A stretch of 64,000 nucleotides of DNA from Candidatus Marinacidobacterales bacterium (GTDB lineage: Bacteria; Acidobacteriota; Vicinamibacteria; Marinacidobacterales; DATDRI01). The DNA is taken from NCBI GenBank assembly GCA_965219415.1, contig CBDCNP010000002.1, positions 736,001 through 800,000 on the forward strand, read 5' to 3'. How positions within the stretch are numbered: the first letter of the stretch is position 1; each line of letters starts with the position of its first letter. Position numbers and translations under genes: made by a program. Below the pieces are notes generated by a model. That model ran no database searches and was not told the origin of the DNA. It worked only from the letters and a program-made list of their open reading frames with translations. Shown here piece after piece: positions 52,759-64,000 of this stretch.

Positions 52759-54029
52759 GCCGCAGTACCGACCGCCCGGCGAGCACTCTCCATTGTCTTG
52801 CGGCCCGCGCCTCGGTTTGCCTCCACGTGCTCGCGCGCCCGAGCGCCCACGCCACAGCGCCATGTCTCGTCTTTCAACAACCGCGACAACTCTTCTCGAA
52901 GCTCATTCTGCCCGCTCACTTGCACCGCTGCGTCCGCCTCGAGGAAGGAGGACGCGATCTCTTGGAAATTACTCATGTGCGGACCGAAGACGACCGGTTT
53001 TCCCTCCGCGGCAGGTTCGATGAGGTTGTGGCCTCCCCACTTGGCGAGGCTTCCGCCAATGAAGACGACATCGGTAGCGCGATAGATAGACGCCAGCTCA
53101 CCCAGCGTATCGAGCACCATGACGTTCGCGTCCGTATCGGCTCGAGCGAGTGAAGTACGCCGGACGACATGGAAACTTCGCGATTCTGCAAGCTTCGCGA
53201 CCTCATCGAACCGCTCCGGATGCCGAGGCGCAATGATCAGAAAAAGGTGAGGATACTCTCCGCGCAATGATTCAAACGTGTCGAGCAGGATCTCTTCTTC
53301 AGGCGCGAGCGTGCTCCCGGCAACCAGCACGACCCGGCCCGGAGGTATCAACTGTGCGGCTTCAGACGGAGGTCCCTCCGCGGGTACGACCGCATCGAAC
53401 TTCAGGCTTCCCGTGACGAGTACCTTCGACGGGTCGGCTCCCAGGTCGACGATGCGCTCCGCGTAACGTGGGGTCTGCATGCAGAAGGCGTCGACGGGCT
53501 TCAGATAGCGGCGCAGAAAAGGTCGGATCAGTCGGTAGCGGCCGTAGGAACGATCGGAGATGCGGCCGTTGACCAACATCGTCGCCGCCCCTGCTTCGTG
53601 ACAAACCTTCAGCATGTGCGGCCAAATCTCGGTCTCGATGACCATCAATGCGCGAGGACGGATCCGAGCAACCACTCGACGGACGGCGAAACGCCAGTCG
53701 AAGGGACAAAAGAATACGCCATCCGCGTCCTGCAGTTGTCGATCGGCGACTTGTTTGCCGGTGAGCGTGGTCACCGATACGAAGACCGGCGTGTCGGGAA
53801 ACGATTCGCGGATCAGCGGGAGAAGCGCTCCCGTGGCGACTACTTCTCCAACCGAGACCGCGTGCACCCAAATCGAAGATCGGCGCTCAGAATTCAAAGA
53901 AGGGGGAAGAAAACCGAGACGTTCCTTGAGTGAAGGCCAGTACTTGCCCGTGACGACGCCGCGATAAAGAAAATACGGCAGGCTGAGTATCGCTCCCGCG
54001 GTCAAGACCAAACTATAGAGAAGGTACAT
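52755..54029 (-). CDS. waaA: 3-deoxy-D-manno-octulosonic acid transferase
   Basis: WVHAVSVGE, ETEIWP, NGRIS, GSLKFD, APRHPERF, GGHNLIEPA. Confidence 0.95.
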   Translation of the reverse strand: MYLLYSLVLTAGAILSLPYFLYRGVVTGKYWPSLKERLGFLPPSLNSERRSSIWVHAVSVGEVVATGALLPLIRESFPDTPVFVSVTTLTGKQVADRQLQDADGVFFCPFDWRFAVRRVVARIRPRALMVIETEIWPHMLKVCHEAGAATMLVNGRISDRSYGRYRLIRPFLRRYLKPVDAFCMQTPRYAERIVDLGADPSKVLVTGSLKFDAVVPAEGPPSEAAQLIPPGRVVLVAGSTLAPEEEILLDTFESLRGEYPHLFLIIAPRHPERFDEVAKLAESRSFHVVRRTSLARADTDANVMVLDTLGELASIYRATDVVFIGGSLAKWGGHNLIEPAAEGKPVVFGPHMSNFQEIASSFLEADAAVQVSGQNELREELSRLLKDETWRCGVGARAREHVEANRGAGRKTMESARRAVGTAA

Positions 54030-54039
54030 GAAACGGCCG

Positions 54040-54119
54040 ACTATAGCGGCGCTCGCAAGGCCCTGTCAATGAAGCCTTTTCCACGCACTTTGACAGCCCC
54101 CGAGCTCCAATCTTATACT
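54040..54119. promoter_or_regulatory. Back-to-back divergent sigma70 promoters (waaA operon and gap)
   Basis: Minus strand TTGACA(54069-54064)-N18-TATAGT; plus strand TTGACA(54090-54095)-N18-TATACT. Confidence 0.75.
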
Positions 54120-54151
54120 CTGCCCCTCGACTGGCATATCTGAAGGAGTGA

Positions 54152-55159
<1,008 letters not shown>

Positions 55160-55224
55160 GTTCCGGCAACGCTAAACGCGTTCGCCGGGACAGCTGACCG
55201 AGGAAGGTTTCGAGCGACTTCGAG

Positions 55225-55643
55225 CTACTGGGCAACTTCTGACAGAACGTTCATCAGCACCTTGAGAGCATCTGTCTCGGTGAAGATGCCGACCAACTCT
55301 TGGCCATCCACCACCGGTAACCCGCCGACCGTCTTGTCGACGAGAACCTGAACGGCATCTTTCAGGTCCGTCTCCGCCGTCACGGTGAACGGCTCCCGCG
55401 TCATGATGCGGGAGATGGGAGTGTTGCTCAGGACCTCTTCATACTCGCTCATCTCCACGCCAGACAGAAGCGAGGGTGATGCCTTCGAATGTCCCGATCG
55501 GTCACGATGCCCACTAAGATGGTACCCTCGGTGACGGGTAGATGGCGGATGTGATGCTGCCGCATCAACATAACCACTTCCTTCATGCTGGCGTCTTCGC
55601 GGACGGCGTGGGGGTCTTTGATCATGCAGTCACCGACCTTCAT
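55225..55643 (-). pseudogene. CBS-pair protein (AcuB-like), frameshift at ~55480
   Basis: IRHLPV...GIVTDRDIR and GGLPVV...GIFTETD lie in different frames. Confidence 0.75.
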
Positions 55644-55873
55644 TTTTGTGACCCTCCAGGGCTAAGTTTTTTGGGACAAGTTCATTGTACCTGCAAAACC
55701 CTTCCCATGCCAAGCAGCGGGCGGTGGAGCTCGGCCGGAGCGGATCGGACAGTACAACTATAGTTGAATCAATATTTTACAACTAGTCGCCGAGCGTCGA
55801 TAGACGATGCTACAACTAGGCAACGAATCCGACGTACTGATGTAAGATTGCCCCAATTCGAAGGAGGTCCGAA

Positions 55874-57139
55874 ATGGTCCCAGAGACGTCTCGTCGTTCC
55901 TTCCTCAAGCGCCTCACCAGCGGTGCGGTGTTACTTCCCGCGGCGACTGCCCTCGGCAAACCGGCTTCCCTATGGCCCGCTCCCGATGAGGGCGAAGCCT
56001 TTTGGGATATGGTGCGTCAGCAGTTTCCCTTCCACGAAGAGAAGGTCCCGATGAACGCGGCCAATTTGTGTCCGGCGCCGCGCGTCGTTACCAATCGCGT
56101 CGTCGAGCTCACGTACGACATCAACATCGATTGCTCGTTCAACAACCGGGCGAAGTTCGCCCCGCTTCGAGAAGAATCGCGAAGCAAAGTCGCCCAGCAC
56201 CTCGGCGTGAGCGCCGACGAAATCGCGTTGGTGCGCAATACCAGCGAGGCCAACAACACCATCAACAACGGGCTCCCACTGAAGGAAGGCGACGAGGTGG
56301 TACTCTGGGATCAGAACCATCCCACCAACAACGTCGCCTGGGAAGTGAGAGCGGCGCGCTTCGGCCTGACCACGAAGCGAGTAGCCATACCGCGCCACCC
56401 CTCGAGTGTGGATGAGCTTGTGTCGATTTTCGAAAAAGCCCTGGGACCTCGAACACGGGTGCTCACGATCACTCACATCTCCAACGTCACCGGCGTCCGC
56501 GTTCCAGTCAAGGAGCTCTGTGAGATCGCGCACCGAAGGAGCATCCACGTCCACGTCGACGCGGCACAGGCCTGGGGGGCCCTGAACGTCAATCTTAGCG
56601 AGCTCGGTTGCGACTCCTATGCCGCTAGCGCGCATAAATGGTTGGTCGGCCCCCTGGAAGCCGGCATGCTCTACGTGAGGGAGGACCGTATCGCGGAGAT
56701 CTGGCCCAATGTCGTCGGGTCCGGTTGGGGCGACGACGCCGAGCCCGACGACAAGGGCGCTCGAAAATTCGAGTCACTGGGACAGCGTGACGACCCCTGC
56801 CTGGCGGCGGTCGGCACGGCCGTCGATTTCCATCAGAGAATCGGTCCCGATAGAATCGAAGCCCGCGTGTACGAGCTAGCCAGTAAATTGAAGGCCGGCC
56901 TGCAGGAAATGGGCGCCAGACTCGTCACACCGATGGATCCTGAGCTCAGCGGCGGTGTGTGCATCATCGAAATGGCACAAGACAACCGAAAGAAAGCCTT
57001 CGACGCACTCTACCAAGAGCAAGGTATCGCCGCTGCGCAAACAGGAGGGCTACGCCTTTGCCCTCACATCTACAACACTCGGGCACACATCGACCGCGCG
57101 CTTGCGGGCGTGAAGGCACACCGGGAGCTGCTCGGGTAG
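55874..57139 (+). CDS. Class V PLP aminotransferase (isopenicillin N epimerase / selenocysteine lyase-like), Tat signal
   Basis: SRRSFLK, RNTSEA, HISNVTG, VDAAQ, SAHKWL.GP. Confidence 0.9.
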   Translation: MVPETSRRSFLKRLTSGAVLLPAATALGKPASLWPAPDEGEAFWDMVRQQFPFHEEKVPMNAANLCPAPRVVTNRVVELTYDINIDCSFNNRAKFAPLREESRSKVAQHLGVSADEIALVRNTSEANNTINNGLPLKEGDEVVLWDQNHPTNNVAWEVRAARFGLTTKRVAIPRHPSSVDELVSIFEKALGPRTRVLTITHISNVTGVRVPVKELCEIAHRRSIHVHVDAAQAWGALNVNLSELGCDSYAASAHKWLVGPLEAGMLYVREDRIAEIWPNVVGSGWGDDAEPDDKGARKFESLGQRDDPCLAAVGTAVDFHQRIGPDRIEARVYELASKLKAGLQEMGARLVTPMDPELSGGVCIIEMAQDNRKKAFDALYQEQGIAAAQTGGLRLCPHIYNTRAHIDRALAGVKAHRELLG

Positions 57140-57152
57140 GTAGCGACGTCGT

Positions 57153-58223
57153 CTACTGCGTGTCGCTATAGATCTCGGTGTCGCGATTGAAGCTGGCCCA
57201 AGCGAACCAAAAAGCCGAGTAAGTAGCGATAGGCTTCAAACGGGCGCTAGGGAGAGCTCCCTCTACCGATTCGCCAGTCAGATTCCAGACGGTGCCGGTC
57301 TCGCGATCCTGAAGCTGGAACGGGAACCCAATGTTGTCGATGATGTCGAAAGTGAGAGTCTGCTCCCGTCCCAATCCCTCGACACGGCGGTCGAACGGTA
57401 GCACCATCTGCGCGTTCTCGTCGAAGACGACGAGAACCGGTCGGCCGTTGACGGTGTCGTTGACGGCTGTTCTTTGGCCCAGCGACGGGTAGGGGTAAGC
57501 TCGCGCAACCTCGCCCTCGACGATGCCGAGCACGTTCTCCTTCAAAGGCCGGCGCGGATCGATGAAGCTCTGAGGAAACCAAATCGCGTTGTTGTTATTG
57601 TAGGCACCGTAAGGGTTTCTTCGATAGTTCCGATCGTGGCCGGTGTTGAAAGTGACCACGGTGGTGTCCGGGTGAAGGCTTTTCCAAGCCTCCCACGTGG
57701 ACTGCACGACGGGCAGCACCCTAAACTCGGTCCCCCGAAAGCTCCCGCAAATGCTCTTCCCCAGCATCTGGTTCCAGAGACTCTTGCTGGTGCGGTCGAA
57801 CAGGACGTTGTTGTTCTCGAACAGAAGCCCTGAGGTACCAAAGTTCTGAAGGCCCAGATTGTTGATGACCGGACTGAAGACCAAGCCGCTCCCAGTTAGC
57901 GGACAGAAAGTCACCAGAACCGGCGAGCCCCCCACGAAATCATTGACCACCTCGTGCCACCAGAGAACGTTATGGGGATAGGCCCTGGCTTCACCGTTCA
58001 ACACGATGCCCAAAACGAGGTCGTCCGCGAACATGAACTCGTCCCCTGCGGCGGCCTCGACCACCTCGGGTGATGTCAGCGACGGGATGCCGTCCGGTCC
58101 GACAGAAGTACCGATGACCTGCTCCTTGGGAACGACGCACTCGGTCGCCTCCTGAGCCGACGCCGAGACAGACCAGAAAAGGTATGCGAGAACAATGCAG
58201 GCTTGCTGTCGGTTAGACAGGAT
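57153..58223 (-). CDS. DUF3179 family protein; probable non-canonical start (ATC at 58223 or CTG)
   Basis: DGIPSL, ARAYP...WHEVVND, TFCPLTGS, FGTSGLL, SLWNQ, FWFAW; the frame extends upstream of 58064 through a signal peptide to a GGAGG RBS. Confidence 0.8.
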   Translation of the reverse strand: MLSNRQQACIVLAYLFWSVSASAQEATECVVPKEQVIGTSVGPDGIPSLTSPEVVEAAAGDEFMFADDLVLGIVLNGEARAYPHNVLWWHEVVNDFVGGSPVLVTFCPLTGSGLVFSPVINNLGLQNFGTSGLLFENNNVLFDRTSKSLWNQMLGKSICGSFRGTEFRVLPVVQSTWEAWKSLHPDTTVVTFNTGHDRNYRRNPYGAYNNNNAIWFPQSFIDPRRPLKENVLGIVEGEVARAYPYPSLGQRTAVNDTVNGRPVLVVFDENAQMVLPFDRRVEGLGREQTLTFDIIDNIGFPFQLQDRETGTVWNLTGESVEGALPSARLKPIATYSAFWFAWASFNRDTEIYSDTQ

Positions 58224-58400
58224 AGGGCCCTCCTCCCCTACCAGCCTATCTCGCGGTCACCGCAGCCGACTATTAGCTCTCCCACAGTTTTCTTCCTGTC
58301 GATTCGGTCCAAGAAGTGCATGTCTAGAAGCCACTTAGACCAGCCGCCCACACCCACTAAGAGGCCCGTCTCGACGTCCGAGGATATATAATCGCCCCCA

Positions 58401-60624
58401 ATGATCCGACCATCCGCCCTGCCCTTGCTAGCTGTGCTCTCCCTCGTTGGATCCGTATCCGCGACCGAGTACGAGGGCGACACCACTAACGTGGTCTACG
58501 ACCCAAGCCTCTTCGAAGCCTTGGAGTACCGCCCCATCGGACCCTATCGCGGAAGACGGGTCACTGCGGTCGCCGGAGTCCCCAAACGTCCGTTCACTTT
58601 TTACATGGGAACCACGGGCGGCGGTGTGTGGAAAACACACGATGCCGGCCAGACATGGGAAAACATCTCCGACGGCTTCTTGGAGGTCGCTTCGATCGGC
58701 GCGATCGATGTATCGCTTTCCGATCCCAACGTCATCTATATAGGGACGGGCTCCGCCTGTCCACGAGGCAACATCTCCGTCGGAGATGGAGTCTACAAAT
58801 CCACCGACGCCGGGAAGACTTGGACTCGCGTGGGTCTTCGCGAAGCAGGACAAATCGGGCGGGTTCGCATCCACCCGAGCAATCCAGACTTGGTTTACGT
58901 GGCTGCGCTCGGACATATCTTTGGACCGAACCGGGAGCGTGGCGTCTTCCGCTCGAAGGACGGGGGCAAGAGCTGGGAGAAGGTGCTCTTTGTCTCCGAG
59001 AAAACCGGCGCAGTCGATCTCTCGATGAATCCGGCGAACCCGCGGCAGGTCTACGCGGCAATGTGGCGAGCCGAGCGGAAGCCTTGGACGTTGATCGACG
59101 AAGCCGAAGAAGGTGGCCTTTACAAGACGACCGACGGCGGAGACGAGTGGGAAAAATTGACCGGGGGACTTCCGGAAGGCCTCATCGGCCGCATCGGGGT
59201 ATCGGTCTCACCGGAGAATCCGAACCGCGTGTGGGCCCTGGTTACCGCGAGAGATGACAAAGGCGGCGTCTATCGGTCCGACGATTCTGGGGAAACGTGG
59301 AAACAAATCAGTACGGATCGAAAGCTCCAGACACGGGGCTGGTACTACTCTCACATCTATGCCCACCCACGCGACGAGAACACGGCCTACGTTTCAGTTC
59401 AATCAACCCACCGCGGAGTTTTGTCGTGTAACCGTGGACAACCGCTTCCCTTACCGCGTCTATGGGGCACAGCAAGACAACTCCACCATTAGCGTGCCGT
59501 CTCGGAACGCGGGAGGGATAACGCCGACGCAGTATTGGTACGACGTCGCCGGTGGCGAGTCGGGACACATCGCGGTCAGCGCCGAAAACCCGGAACTTTC
59601 GTACGCCGGCAATTACATCGGGAGAATCGACCGGTACGATCACCGAACCGGCCATCAACGCAACGTCATCATTTATCCACAACTTGCAGACGGCGTCCCC
59701 GCCAGAGACCTCAAATACCGATTCCAATGGAACGCACCCATCGTATTCTCGCCCCACGATCCGCAAGTGGTTTACCACACCTCGAACTACGTGCACCGCA
59801 CTCGGGACCGTGGCATGAGCTGGGAGACGATTAGCCCCGATCTCACGAGAAACGACCCCACCAAACAGGAGCTACCGGTTGGCAATCGCTTCAACTCAAC
59901 TTGCCGGTGGCCCAGGTCGCCGACATGCAAGTTCACGAGAAGGATCTCGTGGTCGCCACGCATGGTCGCTCGTTTTGGATACTCGACGATCTGACACCGC
60001 TACATCAAATCACCGACCATGTAGCTACCGCACGGACGCACCTGTTCAAACCCCGCGACGCACACCGCGTCAGAACCGGACGCTTCCGCGGCTCCCGAGC
60101 ACCCGAGGCAGCCCCTGCCGGCGCCATCATCTATTACTCCCTGGCAGAAAAATCTGCAGAGGAGGCTTTGAAGCTCCAGATCCTGGATTGCGATGGGAAC
60201 GTGATTCGAACTCACACCAACAAGAAGCACGATTCGCTCCGTGCGGACCCAGCTCGAAGAGGTAGCCGAGCGGGCGGAAGAAGCCGGCTACGAAGGGAAT
60301 TTCAGCGACACGTCGAAGTCCATCGGAGAAAAACTGACTGCGATCGAAGATGAGCTCATCCAAACGAAGAATGAAGTATCACAGGATCCACTCAACTTCC
60401 CGCCCAAGATCGACAACCAGTTCGTGTATCTCTACGGCCACGTGAACAGTGCCTACGGACGGCCGACCGAGGGCTCCTATCGGCGCTTCGAAGACCTAAA
60501 TGACGAGCTTACTCCTCATATGGATGCGCTCAGGCAACTTCTCGAGAGCGAGGTCAATCAATTCAACGACTCCATGCGAGGCAAGGGCGTACCGGGAGTC
60601 ATCCCCCCGAAGGCGACGCGATAA
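58401..60624 (+). pseudogene. VPS10/BNR-repeat glycosyl hydrolase-like protein with three internal deletions (~59395, ~59877, ~60225)
   Basis: IGPYRG.RV, repeated KSTDAGKTW Asp-boxes, GAQQDNS, RFQWNAPI, VATHGRSFWILDD; conserved intervening blocks are missing at each frame change. Confidence 0.85.
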
Positions 60625-60627
60625 GAC

Positions 60628-63271
60628 ATGGCACTAGCGAGCGGTTCCCGTCTCGGAAGCTATGAGATCGTTGCGCCCATCGGCGCGGGTGGGATGGGTG
60701 AAGTCTACCGGGCGCGAGACTCAAAACTCGATCGGGACGTTGCCATCAAAGTCCTTCCGCTGGATCTAGCCAAGAATGAAACCGCTCTCGCACGCTTCGA
60801 GCGCGAGGCCAAAGCCATCGCCGCACTCGCGCACCCTAATATCCTGGCGATCTACGATTTTGGCCAAGAACAGGGTCTTCATTTCGTTGCCGTCGAGCTC
60901 CTGGAGGGAGAAACCCTTCGCGACCGCATGGGTAATGCTCCGCTCCTCCAGCGAAAGGTCCTCGACTACGGCGTCCAGATCGCCCAGGGCCTCGCCGCCG
61001 CGCACGACAAGGGAATTGTCCATCGGGATCTCAAGCCGGAGAACATCTTCGTCACCAGAGACGGCCACATCAAGATTCTCGACTTCGGACTCGCGAAGCA
61101 TGAGAAGCCCGGCCAGGACACCGACTCGGCACCGGAGTCCGAGACACGTGCCCGTCAAACGAAACCGGGCGCCGTCATGGGGACAGTGGGCTATATGTCC
61201 CCTGAGCAGGTGAGGGGCCAGGACGCCGACCATCGGTCGGACATTTTCTCCTTCGGCACCATCCTTTACGAAATGGTCTCCGGCCAAAAGACTTTTCACG
61301 GGGATTCTGCGGTCGAGACGATGAACGCCATCCTCAAGCAAGACCCGTCGGAGCTTTCCCAACTGAAGGGCGATCTCTCACCCGCCTTGGAGCAAATCAT
61401 TAGACGCTGTCTCGAGAAAAGAGTGGAAGAGCGGTTTCAATCGGCGCGGGATCTCGGATCGCCCTCGAGGCGGTCTCAGGATCCGCATCTGGCGTTGCGC
61501 TTCCAATGCAAGAGACCCAGCGGCGATTCCCCTTGAGGATCGTTGGTGTGGGAGCACTGGTTTTGCTCGCAGTAGTCGGATTCTTTTTGCTTTCCCCAAG
61601 AACCGACTCCCCGGCGGGGCCGAAACGGATCGTCGTCTTGCCATTCGAAAACCTCGGCTCGGCCGACGACGCCTATTTCGCAGCCGGCATGACCGAAGAG
61701 ATCACCAGTCGTCTGGGCGTTGTGAGCGGGCTCGGCGTCATATCGAGAAAAAGCGCTCTCCAGTATGAAGGCTCGACAAAAGCGCTAAGCAGATTGGAGA
61801 GGAGCTCGGCGTCGAGTACATCCTCGAAGGAACCGTGCGTTGGCAGCACGAGCAAGAAGGCGTGGGTCGGGTTCGCGTGACTCCGCAGCTCATACGCGTC
61901 GCCGATGACACGCACGTCTGGTCGGAACGCTACGATAGGGTCTTGGACGACATCTTCCAAGTGCAATCAGAGATCGCCGAACAGGTTATCGATCAGCTCG
62001 ACGTCACGTTGCTCGAACCGGAGCGCGAGGCACTGGAAGCTCGACCGACCGAGAATCTAGAAGCTTACCAAGCGTACCTACGGGGCGTGGCGTATATTTT
62101 CGGGCCCGACTGGTCGACACAAGAGAACGCAAGCCTGGGCATCGAGATGTTCGAACGAGCGTTGGAGCTCGATCCCGAGTTCGCCCTGGCCTTTGCGAAT
62201 TTATCCATGGCGCACACTTTGTTCTACCTAGAAGCGCACGACCGCACAGACCAGCGTTTAGCGAAAGCCAAGGAAGCGGTAGACCGGGCACTCGAGCTTC
62301 AACCGGATCTCCCTCAGGCGCATTTGGCTATGGGCTATTACTACTATCACGGCTATCTAGATTACGAGAGGGCACTCGAGGAGCTCGCCATCGCCTCTGC
62401 GGCGCTGCCCCTCAATAGCGACATCGCGGCGGCCATCGGCTATATCCGCCGGCGCCAAGGAAGGTTCGACGAGGCGATCGAATATCAAAAGAAGGCGCTG
62501 AAGCAGAGCCCTCGAGAGGCCGACCTTTGGATGGCGTTGGCAGAAACATATGCGATGGTCGACAAACATGAGGACTCACAGATCGCCTTGGATCGCTCTA
62601 TCTCCTTGGCTCCCGACCAGATCGGGGCTTATCTGGACAAGGCCTGGGGCTTGCTTATCTGGAAAGGTAAGGCCGGAATCGAGAACGCCCGAGCCATACT
62701 CGACGAGATGCCGTCCAAGGATGACGTGTGGATCGCCTGGTACCGTTTCGAGATCGAGAGCCGGGCAGGAGACTATTCCGCGGCACTCGACGCGCTCTCG
62801 TCGATGCGACAGGAGATCTTCCAAAACCAGCTGGTTTTCCTGCCTAAGGCGCTTATGTCGGCCCGCGCTTACGAGCTCCTATCCGACGGGCGAGCGCGCC
62901 AAGACTTCGAACGAGCACGCGTCATTCTGGAGGAAGAGCTCGAGGAGACTCCCACCGACCCTCGTCTCCACGCCTCGCTTGGCGTCGCCTATGCCGGCCT
63001 CGGTCGCAACGAAGATGCCATAAACGAGGGAAAGCGCGCGGTCACGCTCTATCCGGTTTCCAGGGACGCGGTGAACGGTCCTTACTATATCCTGAACCTC
63101 GCTGTCGTTTACGCGATGACTGGAGAGTACGAGGCGGCCTTGGACCAGATCGACTATCTACTGAGCATTCCCGTCGACTTCTCGGTCGCCATGTTGGAGC
63201 TCGATCCGCGATGGGATCCGCTGCGCGATTCGCCACGCTACCAAGAGATCCTCGAGAAGTACGGAGAATGA
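60628..63271 (+). pseudogene. Ser/Thr kinase - TM - TolB-like - TPR protein; frameshifts at ~61458 and ~61785
   Basis: [49 protein letters not shown], TPRs, DPRWDPLR. Confidence 0.88.
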
Positions 63272-63485
63272 CGAACGGCAATTCCCTCTCTTCGCCTCGC
63301 TTGAACGCCCAGTCATCGATCGGATAGCTCCTATCCTTTTGGATAGCCTTTCTCCGCAACACCAAACCGGACACGGCGCCTATCTACAACGAAGCAAAGC
63401 TATTCGACGAAATGCAAACGATGGAACGTCGCTTGCAATAGACCTCCTACTGGATGAAAGCAATTTCAGAAAGGAGCATCAACGA

Positions 63486-64000
63486 ATGACAAAAAGGATC
63501 GCAGTTCTTCTGCCGGTACTGATGGTGATGGCTGCTGTTTCACCCGCATCGGCGCAAGAGACGCCCAGGTTCGAGATCGGTGTCAACTATTCGATTCTAA
63601 GTGAACAGACGATCGACCAGACGCTGCCCGTCGGCTGGACCGTTCCCGTCGCCTACAACTTCAACAGTTGGCTCGCCGTGGCCGGCGAAGTCGGGGCCAA
63701 CTACCGGAGCGATCGCATCTTCGGCCAAGGAATCGACATCGATGTGTCGACGTATATGGTTGGTCCCAAGTTCACGAAAAGAGGAAAGAACGTGACGTTC
63801 TTCTTTCAGATGCTGGGTGGAGCCGCCCGAGGTGCTGCTAACCTCGATGTAAACTTACCGAACTTCAACCTACCTAACTTAAACTTACGCAACTCACCCA
63901 ACCTTAATCTCCCGAACCGGGCTCTCGATTTGCTCGACCGCGACTTCAGCCGGTCGGCGACCCAGTTCGCTCTTCAACCGGGTGGTGGCATCGACGTTAG
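63486..64000 (+). CDS. Outer-membrane beta-barrel protein (3'-partial)
   Basis: AGGAG RBS; MTKRIAVLLPVLMVMAAVSPASAQE signal, YNFNSWLAVAGE, TYMVGPKF, FALQPGGGIDV; open to the window end. Confidence 0.8.
   Translation, partial: MTKRIAVLLPVLMVMAAVSPASAQETPRFEIGVNYSILSEQTIDQTLPVGWTVPVAYNFNSWLAVAGEVGANYRSDRIFGQGIDIDVSTYMVGPKFTKRGKNVTFFFQMLGGAARGAANLDVNLPNFNLPNLNLRNSPNLNLPNRALDLLDRDFSRSATQFALQPGGGIDV

Noticed and set aside
57890-57910. Selenocysteine in the DUF3179 protein
   Set aside because: The motif is encoded as Cys (CPLTGS); no in-frame TGA

Overview
This is a GC-rich bacterial chromosome segment. Its gene repertoire points to Acidobacteriota (Vicinamibacteria-like): an ADOP-type permease, Ser/Thr kinase-PD40 and kinase-TolB-TPR proteins, an Oar-like TonB-dependent receptor, a DUF507 pair and a VPS10-type glycosyl hydrolase. 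Intact housekeeping blocks are tauE-lctP/ppc, tRNA-Asp, a lipid A/heptose core operon (waaA-lpxK-lpxL-waaF-gmhB-rfaE1-rfaE2-waaC) and gap. They alternate with heavily eroded accessory DNA carrying nonsense codons, frameshifts, internal deletions, fused gene fragments and IS256/IS3/serine-recombinase remnants. The region 3' of tRNA-Asp (~26.5-44.1 kb) looks like a decayed island. It holds three copies of a 166-bp MITE-like element, two of which bracket an intact HNH restriction-type nuclease. It also holds an intact locus of a TonB-dependent receptor plus three exported amide/peptide hydrolases with atypical active-site residues. Other oddities are a probable ATT-initiated RRM protein, a 24-bp duplicate of the receptor start region, a 33-bp perfect palindrome, an extremely AT-rich patch before hsp20 and a 2OG-oxygenase/ferritin-like pair. 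All calls come from reading sequence motifs by eye; no database searches were run.
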